Assembly (NCBI RefSeq): GCF_003992125.1
Contig: NZ_RQUY01000001.1
Span: 113,327 to 137,326, forward strand
Direction: 5' to 3'
Origin: Veillonella caviae
Lineage (GTDB): Bacteria > Bacillota > Negativicutes > Veillonellales > Veillonellaceae
Length of the DNA: 24,000 bases
Shown: one piece after another, positions 17,525 to 24,000 of the stretch
How the letters are laid out: every line of letters starts with the position of its first letter
Position numbering within the stretch: the stretch's first letter is position 1
Notes under the pieces: model-generated
What the model saw: the letters and a program-made list of their open reading frames with translations, nothing else
Databases searched by the model: none
What the model was told of the DNA's origin: nothing
Translations under genes and position numbers: made by a program

Positions 17525-17553
17525 TTGACAGATATTTTTTAGAGGAGTATTAT
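17525..17553 (+). promoter_or_regulatory. Sigma-70 promoter of ssrA
   Basis: TTGACA (17525-17530), 17-nt spacer, TATTAT (17548-17553), about 20 nt upstream of the mature tmRNA 5' end. Confidence 0.7.
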
Positions 17554-17572
17554 TATAAGACCAACAACCTAT

Positions 17573-17914
17573 GGGGATGTAAAGGTTTCGACAGGGGTGC
17601 GTGTGGTATAGATAGCGAGTCGGCATTCCATGAGGCCGTTAAACGGTGGGAAAACATTTAAACGCAGAAGAAAATTTTGCATTAGCTGCATAAGCTACGT
17701 CCCTCATACTTGTGCCTACCAAGTGTGAATGGACGTCAAACCGTAGGCTGGCTTAATTTAGTTGTTCATATGAATTAGGCGAGAACTTATGAACTGGAGT
17801 TTCGTAGTTTGTCTGTGAGCGATAGGAACTTGAGATTTAAATCATAGACTGCACTCGGAGAAGTCTATATGGCAACACTTTTGGACAGGAGTTCGACTCT
17901 CCTCATCTCCACCA
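17573..17914 (+). ncRNA. ssrA: Transfer-messenger RNA (tmRNA, SsrA)
   Basis: 5' GGGGATGTAAAGGTTTCGACAGGGG and 3' GGACAGGAGTTCGACTCTCCTCATCTCCACCA (T-arm, acceptor and encoded CCA). The acceptor pairing GGGGATG/CATCTCC includes the G3:U alanine identity pair. The internal tag frame GCA GAA GAA AAT TTT GCA TTA GCT GCA TAA (17664-17693) encodes AEENFALAA. Confidence 0.97.
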
Positions 17915-17922
17915 AATATTTC

Positions 17923-17955
17923 GCGCTAGCTCATTTTGATGAGTTAGCGCTTTTT
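17923..17955 (+). terminator. Rho-independent terminator after ssrA
   Basis: 12-bp stem GCGCTAGCTCAT / ATGAGTTAGCGC (one G-U pair) with loop TTTG, followed by TTTTT. Confidence 0.85.
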
Positions 17956-18228
17956 ATATATCTGAAATTATAAGAATTGTTAACTAATCTAGTATGTATG
18001 TTTAAATCGGGGTTATAGGACAAAATTGAGTCTATAGGAGAAGGTGTGTTATTTTATAAGCAATAATAATTATATAAGATTCTTCTCGTAGATTACTAAA
18101 GAGATGTTTTTGTGTACACAGATTTATAATTTTGTCAACAAGATATAGCGGTAATATTGCATACAATTAAACGTCTAAAAAGTTAGGTTTTATCTATGTT
18201 TGTAAAACATTTTGAAACGCTAGTTTTC

Positions 18229-18257
18229 TTGACTTTACACAATGAATCGAGTACAAT
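18229..18257 (+). promoter_or_regulatory. Candidate sigma-70 promoter of the RND efflux operon
   Basis: TTGACT (18229-18234), 17-nt spacer, TACAAT (18252-18257), about 68 nt upstream of the adaptor gene start. Confidence 0.6.
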
Positions 18258-18324
18258 GTATTGAGATATTTATGAATTTGGATATTATGAATATTTCTTT
18301 GTGTTATGAAAAGGAGTACATGTC

Positions 18325-19458
18325 ATGAAGTTTCGTTATTCACGCATGTTAGCAGTGTTAGCTGTATCCGCCTTGCTCGTCACTGGTTGTGGAAGCCAAC
18401 AGCAGACGGCGCAAGATGTAGCTGTTAATTCTTATAAGGTTATGTCGGAAAATACACAGCTTAACAATACATATACAGGTACAGTGGTAGCAGAAAACTC
18501 GGTAGCTGTTCATGCTCGTGTGACTGGTTATGTTGTGGAAAAATATGTTAAAGGTGGAGAGCAAGTCGTTGAAGGGCAACCATTGTATAGAATTGATTCT
18601 CGCCAATATGAATCTAATGTAGCATCTGCAGAAGCTAATGTGGCAAAAGCGGATGCAGACTTGAAAAACTCAGAAATTGATTTGAATCGTTATCAAATTT
18701 TGGCAAACCAAGATGCTATTGCTCGCCAACGCGTAGATACACAGCGTTCTGCTACTGAACAAGCAAGAGCAGTATATGAGGCGCAACAAGCCGCATTAAA
18801 AATCGCTCAAGATAATTTAGGTGACACCATCGTATATGCACCATACTCCGGTACGCTTCGTATGGATGATGTAGATTTGGGAACTTTTGTTACTGCTGGT
18901 TCTACCACATTGGTAACCATCGATTCTATCGATCCAATCTTTGTTGAGTTTAGTATGACTGAACCTGAGTATCTTGAATTCATGGCTAATAATGCTGGAG
19001 ATGAAAACAGCGGTACTAATCTTAAATTGATTTTAGCTAATGGAGAAGAATATAAAGGTGGTGTAGGTGCTGTTGTACAAGCTGCTAAGAGCTTAGATAA
19101 TTCTACAGGAAAATTGGTATTAAAAGCATCGTTCCCTAATCCAGATCATTTATTGTTACCTAATATGTATGCTACTGTAGTATCTCCAGGTGCACCACTA
19201 ACAAATGCATTGTTGATACCTACTCGTAGTATCCAACAAATTATGGATAAAAACTTTGTCTTTGTTATCGGTGCTGATGGAACTGTAACTCAAAAAGCAG
19301 TTGAACTTGGTGGCACAAGCGGTGCTTTCACAATCATCAAATCTGGCCTTGCTGACGGTGATGAAATCGTTGTAGATGGTTTAACAAAAGTAAGAAATGG
19401 TGTAAAAGTACAAGCTCAACCATTGACTAAATCACAACTTGAATCTGCAAAACAATAG
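18325..19458 (+). CDS. RND efflux periplasmic adaptor (membrane fusion protein, AcrA/MexA-like lipoprotein)
   Basis: Signal peptide with lipobox LLVTGC. Coiled-coil hairpin region (NVASAEANVAKADADLKNSEIDLNRYQ...), lipoyl and beta-barrel segments typical of the HlyD/MFP family. RBS AAGGAG. Confidence 0.92.
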   Translation: MKFRYSRMLAVLAVSALLVTGCGSQQQTAQDVAVNSYKVMSENTQLNNTYTGTVVAENSVAVHARVTGYVVEKYVKGGEQVVEGQPLYRIDSRQYESNVASAEANVAKADADLKNSEIDLNRYQILANQDAIARQRVDTQRSATEQARAVYEAQQAALKIAQDNLGDTIVYAPYSGTLRMDDVDLGTFVTAGSTTLVTIDSIDPIFVEFSMTEPEYLEFMANNAGDENSGTNLKLILANGEEYKGGVGAVVQAAKSLDNSTGKLVLKASFPNPDHLLLPNMYATVVSPGAPLTNALLIPTRSIQQIMDKNFVFVIGADGTVTQKAVELGGTSGAFTIIKSGLADGDEIVVDGLTKVRNGVKVQAQPLTKSQLESAKQ

Positions 19459-19468
19459 GAGGTAAGTC

Positions 19469-22400
19469 GTGTCGAAATTCTTTATTAATCGACCTATCTT
19501 TGCCATCGTAATCGCTATTATGATTACCTTGGCAGGTCTTATCTCTATGGTAAACCTTCCGATAGCTCGATATCCTCAAATTGCACCTCCTACAGTACGT
19601 GTAAGTGCGGCCTATACAGGTGCGACGGCACAGGTCGTAAATGATACTGTAGCCAGTGTTATTGAAACACAAATCGTCGGTGTTCAAGATTTGGACTATA
19701 TGACATCAAATAGTTCTAATAGTGGTAGCTATTCCTTGACACTACAATTCTCTCAAGAAAGTGATGCCGACATGGATACGGTTAATACACAAAACCGTGT
19801 ACAAGCTGCATTATCTCAATTGCCATCTGAAGTTCAACAAATTGGTGTAACTACTACTAAATCTTCTGGTGATATGGCATATATCTTTTCTTTGATTTCA
19901 CCTAACGGTACATTTGATAAAACATTCCTTAAAAATTATGGTACAAACTACCTTATGGATGCTATCAAAGCTGTAAAAGGTGTTGGCTCTGTACAAGAGT
20001 TTGGATCAGATTTTGCTATGCGAATCTGGCTTGATCCAGCGAAAATGCAGAAATTTGGCGTCACTATATCGGATGTAACAGCAGCTATCAAAGGGCAGAA
20101 TCTACAAGCTGCAGCTGGTACCGTAGGTCAAAATCCTACAAATGGTGAACAAGCATTTCAATATCCAATCAAAGTGGATGGACGTCTTGTAACACCAGAA
20201 CAATTTGGGAATATTGCTATTTCTGTATCAAATGGCACAACATTACATTTAAAAGATATATCTCGTATTGATATAGGGGCGAAAGGTTATGATTTTGAAC
20301 CTAAAGCATCCTTTGCCTCTAAAGATGAAGATGGCAGTGTAATATATTCTAAATCATTACCATCTGCAGGTTTTGCTATTTCCTTACAAAATGATGCTAA
20401 TGCGTTGGAAACTATTGCCAATATCCAATCATTGTTGACGGAAGAATCCAAGTCATTTCCTAGTGATTTAGAATATCGAGAAGTAATTGATAATACGAAA
20501 TTTGTTCGTGCCTCTATTAATGAAGTAGAACATACTTTCTTTGAAGCATTATTGCTCGTTCTCGTTGTAGTATATGTATTCTTACAATCTTGGCGATCTA
20601 CAATTATTCCTATGATTGCCGTGCCAGTATCTCTACTAGGTACATTTGGTGCCTTTGTCTTGTTGAATTTCTCTATTAATACATTGACGTTATTCGCCAT
20701 GGTATTGGCTATCGGCCTTGTAGTTGACGATGCAATCGTAGTAGTAGAAGCAGTAGAATACGAGTTAAAATACAATGGTTTGCCTCCAAAAGAGGCCGCT
20801 ATTAAAGCTATGGAAAATGTACAAGGTCCAGTTATAGGTATCGCTTTCGTACTGATGGCTGTATTTATCCCAGTTGCTTTCATGGGCGGTATGACTGGTA
20901 TTCTGTACAAACAGTTTGCCTTAACAATTGCTGTATCGGTTGCGATTTCTGCAGTAGTAGCATTGATATTAACACCAGCACTTTGTGCGATTATGTTAAA
21001 ACCACATATGCAAAGTGAACATGAAAATTTTGTACATCGTCAATTAAACAAATTTAATGTAGCATTAGAAACATTCTCCGATTGGTATGGTAAAATGTTG
21101 GCTCGTTTAAGCCAACGGTTAAGCTTAACTATTATTGCTTTGATTATCTTTGCTGGGGGGACGGCTGCTGTATTTTCTGTGTTGCCAACTAGTTTTGTGC
21201 CAGAAGAAGATAGTGGATATTATATTATTGCCGTTAATGGACCTCCGGGAGCGACAACGGAGAGAACTGTACAATCTCTCGAAAAGATTCGACAATTTAT
21301 AGAAACTACTCCAGGGGTAAGAGATAATTTTTCACAAATCTTTACCGTATCAGGTTTTGACTTGCTAGGAGGAGGACAAAAATCTAGTGCTGGCGCTATT
21401 TTTGCTGTATTAAATGATTGGGATACACGGCCAAATAAAAATCAATCAGTAAATGCTATGATTGGTGCTACCTTTGGTTTTGCCGGTAAGGGTGTACCTG
21501 AAGCATCTGTAGTAGCTTTGAATCCGCCATCCATTCCTGGTTTGGGTAATACAGGTGGTTTTAGTATGTATATCATCAACAAAGCTGGTGATAGTGCTCA
21601 AGTTATGGCAGAAAGAGCTAATGAATTTATTGCAGAAGCTCGTAAGAGTCCTGCTATTCAATCTATTTACACGACTTTTGATACTACAACTCCATCATTG
21701 CAATTTGATATTAATCGTGAGAAAGCAGCGCAAGACGGTGTAGCTTTGTCTGATATCTTTACAGCTTTACAAGGGTTCTATGGTAGTATCCAAGTTAACG
21801 ATTACACTTCATATGGTAAAAACTATAAAGTAGTGGTTCAAGCGGAAGATAGTTATCGACAAAATGCAGATAACTTAAATATGATCGCTGTTCGTAATAG
21901 CAAGGGGCAAATGGTGTCCGTAGCTAACTATATCACAAAAGAACAAACTGGTACGCCATCTTCCATTACTCGTTTTGATAATGCTATGGCTGTTCAAATC
22001 GGTGGTTCCCAAGCAACTGGATACTCTTCTGGGGATGCTATTGTAGCTTTACAAGATGCAGCAGCTCGCACATTACCACAAGGTTATACCTATGATTGGG
22101 CTGGTCAATCTCGTGAAGAGTTAAAAGCCGGTTCACAAACTTTACTGATTCTTGGTCTTGGTTTAACCTTTGTATTCTTGATTCTTGCAGCACTGTATGA
22201 ATCTTGGAAGGTTCCATTTGCCGTATTATTCTCTGTACCATCTGGTATGATTGGTGCTGCACTTGTACCATATTTGTTGAATTTTACTGGTAGTTACAAT
22301 CTTGCAAATGATATTTATATGCAGATTGGTCTCTTAACTTTGGTCGGATTGGCTGCAAAAAATGCTATCTTGATTATCGAATACGCTAAGATTCGTGTTG

Positions 22401-22672
22401 ATGAGCGAGGTATGGATATTGTAGATGCGGCGATTGAAGCATCTAAAATCCGTTTACGCCCAATTTTGATGACTTCTTTTGCATTCATTTTAGGTGTATT
22501 GCCATTGGCTGTTTCTAGTGGAGCTGGTTCTGGTGCTCGTACTTCTATGGGGATTACTGTAGTAGCTGGTATGACAACGGCAACCCTATTTGGTATATTT
22601 ATCATTCCTATGCTATTCATTATTGTTGAGAAAATTGGTCCTGGTTTCTTTACTAAGAAAAATAAAAACTAG
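19469..22672 (+). CDS. RND multidrug efflux permease (HAE1 family, AcrB/MexB-like)
   Basis: 1067 aa. Canonical N-terminus MSKFFINRPIFAIVIAI and a 12-TM / two-large-loop architecture. Conserved TM4 segment LAIGLVVDDAIVVVE. GTG start preceded by AGGAGG. Confidence 0.95.
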   Translation: MSKFFINRPIFAIVIAIMITLAGLISMVNLPIARYPQIAPPTVRVSAAYTGATAQVVNDTVASVIETQIVGVQDLDYMTSNSSNSGSYSLTLQFSQESDADMDTVNTQNRVQAALSQLPSEVQQIGVTTTKSSGDMAYIFSLISPNGTFDKTFLKNYGTNYLMDAIKAVKGVGSVQEFGSDFAMRIWLDPAKMQKFGVTISDVTAAIKGQNLQAAAGTVGQNPTNGEQAFQYPIKVDGRLVTPEQFGNIAISVSNGTTLHLKDISRIDIGAKGYDFEPKASFASKDEDGSVIYSKSLPSAGFAISLQNDANALETIANIQSLLTEESKSFPSDLEYREVIDNTKFVRASINEVEHTFFEALLLVLVVVYVFLQSWRSTIIPMIAVPVSLLGTFGAFVLLNFSINTLTLFAMVLAIGLVVDDAIVVVEAVEYELKYNGLPPKEAAIKAMENVQGPVIGIAFVLMAVFIPVAFMGGMTGILYKQFALTIAVSVAISAVVALILTPALCAIMLKPHMQSEHENFVHRQLNKFNVALETFSDWYGKMLARLSQRLSLTIIALIIFAGGTAAVFSVLPTSFVPEEDSGYYIIAVNGPPGATTERTVQSLEKIRQFIETTPGVRDNFSQIFTVSGFDLLGGGQKSSAGAIFAVLNDWDTRPNKNQSVNAMIGATFGFAGKGVPEASVVALNPPSIPGLGNTGGFSMYIINKAGDSAQVMAERANEFIAEARKSPAIQSIYTTFDTTTPSLQFDINREKAAQDGVALSDIFTALQGFYGSIQVNDYTSYGKNYKVVVQAEDSYRQNADNLNMIAVRNSKGQMVSVANYITKEQTGTPSSITRFDNAMAVQIGGSQATGYSSGDAIVALQDAAARTLPQGYTYDWAGQSREELKAGSQTLLILGLGLTFVFLILAALYESWKVPFAVLFSVPSGMIGAALVPYLLNFTGSYNLANDIYMQIGLLTLVGLAAKNAILIIEYAKIRVDERGMDIVDAAIEASKIRLRPILMTSFAFILGVLPLAVSSGAGSGARTSMGITVVAGMTTATLFGIFIIPMLFIIVEKIGPGFFTKKNKN

Positions 22673-22691
22673 TCTAATTTCATAACACAAG

Positions 22692-22728
22692 AAAACACGC
22701 TAATACTCTTGTATTAGCGTGTTTTTTT
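22692..22728 (+). terminator. Rho-independent terminator after the RND operon
   Basis: Stem ACACGCTAATAC (22695-22706) / GTATTAGCGTGT (22711-22722) with loop TCTT, followed by TTTTTT. Confidence 0.88.
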
Positions 22729-22738
22729 GTACAGTTTA

Positions 22739-22747
22739 TGGTATAAT
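22739..22747 (+). promoter_or_regulatory. Extended -10 promoter for ppaC
   Basis: TGgTATAAT at 22739-22747. No good -35 is present; that region is occupied by the preceding terminator. Confidence 0.5.
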
Positions 22748-22808
22748 ATGTACGTTAAAAATCGTCATTATCGTATAAACGATACTAGTAAATAAAAGAG
22801 GTAAACAC

Positions 22809-23750
22809 ATGAGTGATGTATTAACATTTGTAGCGGGCCATAAAAGCCCTGACACTGATTCTGTATGTTCTGCCATTGCATACGCAAATTTTTTAACTCA
22901 AATGGGGACAGCAGCTACACCAGTATGCGCTGGTTCAGTTAATAAAGAAACAGCATATGCTTTAGCACATTTTGGTTTTGAGCATCCGCAAATCGTAACT
23001 AATTGGGAAGAATTTGCTCCCAATGGTGGTAATTTATATTTAACCGATCACAATGAATCTAAACAAATCATAGATGGCTTCAAATCTATGAATATTTGTG
23101 GCGTTATCGATCATCATCGCATTGGTGATTTCGAAACAGAGGGTCCTGTATTTATTCGCATGGAACCAGTTGGTTGCACTAATACTATTTTGACTAAGCT
23201 TTATGTAGAAAATAATCAAGAAATTCCTCAAAATGTAGCAGGTTTAATGTTGTCTGCTATTATTTCTGATACTGTTTTATTCCGCTCTCCAACATGTACT
23301 GAAACTGATAAGGAAATGGCATATAAATTGGCGGATATTGCTGGTGTAGATATCGAAGCTTATGGTCTTGATATGTTGAAAGCTGGTGCTGATATTTCCG
23401 ATTTATCTAATGACGATATTGTTCGTACCGACATGAAAGAATTCTCTGAAGCAGGACAAACGATTTCTATCGGTCAAATCTCTGTTATGGATACTACCGA
23501 TATATTAACTAAACAAGGTGAACTTGTGGCTGCTCTTGAATCATTACGCGCTTCTAATAACTATGCTGCTTCCTATATTATGATTACTAATATTCTTGAT
23601 GAAAGTACAACTTTGCTATACAGCGGTAATGTAGATGCAGTGGTAACCAAAGCATTCGGTAAAGAAATTAAAGATAATGGCGTATTTTTGCCTAATACAA
23701 TGTCTCGTAAAAAACAAATCGTACCACCAATCCTAGGGGCGATGAAATAA
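22809..23750 (+). CDS. ppaC: Manganese-dependent inorganic pyrophosphatase (family II, DHH/DHHA2)
   Basis: GHKSPDTDSVCSAIAYA, the DHH motif (VIDHHRIG) and a DHHA2 C-terminal domain (SRKKQIVPPI). 313 aa. Confidence 0.94.
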   Translation: MSDVLTFVAGHKSPDTDSVCSAIAYANFLTQMGTAATPVCAGSVNKETAYALAHFGFEHPQIVTNWEEFAPNGGNLYLTDHNESKQIIDGFKSMNICGVIDHHRIGDFETEGPVFIRMEPVGCTNTILTKLYVENNQEIPQNVAGLMLSAIISDTVLFRSPTCTETDKEMAYKLADIAGVDIEAYGLDMLKAGADISDLSNDDIVRTDMKEFSEAGQTISIGQISVMDTTDILTKQGELVAALESLRASNNYAASYIMITNILDESTTLLYSGNVDAVVTKAFGKEIKDNGVFLPNTMSRKKQIVPPILGAMK

Positions 23751-23822
23751 TAAAATATCAACAGATTGTAATTAGATTATGCATATTACAGCTCTATGAT
23801 ATTTCTAGGCAGGTAAAATAAT

Positions 23823-23850
23823 AAAAACGTTGCTGGTAGCAACGTTTTTA
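23823..23850 (+). terminator. Rho-independent terminator after ppaC
   Basis: AAAAACGTTGCT GGT AGCAACGTTTTT hairpin with a T-run. Confidence 0.85.
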
Positions 23851-23991
23851 TTATATGTGACTATATTATCCTTCTAAAGGTTATTGTAAAGCTTGTAGAA
23901 TAGTTTTTATAGTTCATATAATATTCAATTAGACTATATGAGTAGTTTATAAAATTATAGAGAACTAATATACGAGAAAAAAGGAGTGTTT

Positions 23992-24000
23992 ATGCAATCA
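23992..24000 (+). CDS. Probable start of a further + strand gene (only 3 codons in the window)
   Basis: AAGGAG lies 7 nt upstream of ATG 23992. The frame runs off the window edge and the product cannot be determined. Confidence 0.3.

Noticed and set aside
18044-18091. Mini-ORFs after AGGAGAAGG in the ssrA-RND spacer (GTG 18044, 15 codons; or GTG 18046, 6 codons)
   Set aside because: They are very short and use non-ATG starts whose spacing from the SD-like sequence is at best ambiguous. They lie upstream of the best promoter for the RND operon. There is insufficient evidence for a leader peptide.
20287-20910. 207-aa minus-strand ORF antisense to the RND pump gene
   Set aside because: It is the longest antisense ORF, but it is Thr/Ser/Ile/Asn-rich with no recognisable motif. 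It is fully embedded opposite the conserved transmembrane region of the AcrB-like gene. It is a frame artefact of AT-rich codon usage.
21555-21743. 62-aa + strand ORF in an alternative frame inside the RND pump gene
   Set aside because: It is fully nested out of frame within a conserved gene and has no independent support.
1512-23761. All minus-strand ORFs in the track (for example 1512-1814, 2382-2630, 4435-4632, 5387-5653, 7740-7931, 8248-8493, 9648-9851, 10097-10354, 11944-12150, 17006-17233, 18358-18606, 19427-19687, 21446-21661, 22038-22271, 22315-22620, 23040-23231, 23573-23761)
   Set aside because: Each lies entirely antisense to a well-supported + strand gene with clear family motifs. 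They have low-complexity or odd composition and lack RBS-supported starts. They are typical shadow ORFs.
17915-24000. Possibility that the RND operon and ppaC form a genomic island integrated at ssrA
   Set aside because: No integrase was found. No direct repeat of the ssrA 3' end (…GTTCGACTCTCCTCATCTCCACCA) was found downstream. No other mobility gene was found in the window. The content and orientation look like core chromosome.
1-24000. Search for CRISPR arrays, tandem repeats, IS elements, toxin-antitoxin pairs, retron or defence-system signatures
   Set aside because: By eye I found no regularly spaced direct repeats, no inverted terminal repeats, no transposase/integrase/reverse-transcriptase-like ORFs and no small paired ORFs. 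The intergenic regions are explained by promoters, terminators, the T-box and the tmRNA.

Overview
AT-rich, densely packed housekeeping chromosome segment. Every credible gene (22 CDS plus one tmRNA) is on the + strand. The order follows two conserved Firmicute clusters joined end to end. The first is clpC(3' end)-radA-PIN/TRAM(yacL-like)-ispDF-gltX-[BASS transporter]-T-box-cysS-mrnC-rlmB-yacP-sigH. The second is secG-rnr-smpB-[membrane protein-bioW-bioF]-ssrA(tmRNA). These are followed by an RND efflux pair (lipoprotein adaptor plus AcrB-like pump) and ppaC. Firmicute-type synteny combined with an RND/adaptor pump suggests a diderm Firmicute (Negativicutes, possibly Veillonella); this is inference only. 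I see no CRISPR array, transposase, integrase, phage or defence genes, and all minus-strand ORFs look like shadow ORFs. The most interesting locus is a small biotin module between smpB and ssrA. It has a sigma-70 promoter overlapped by a BirA-type inverted repeat, and it drives an uncharacterised ~164-aa polytopic membrane protein followed by bioW (pimelate-CoA ligase) and bioF. The membrane protein is a candidate pimelate or biotin-precursor uptake component. Other points: a Cys-specific T-box in front of cysS, an ispD-ispF fusion that keeps an internal SD/ATG, sigH translationally coupled to secG, a strong terminator-like hairpin 19 nt upstream of radA, and an RND pair with no adjacent outer-membrane factor or regulator. 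Several ORF-track starts are N-terminal over-extensions and were trimmed to RBS-supported starts.
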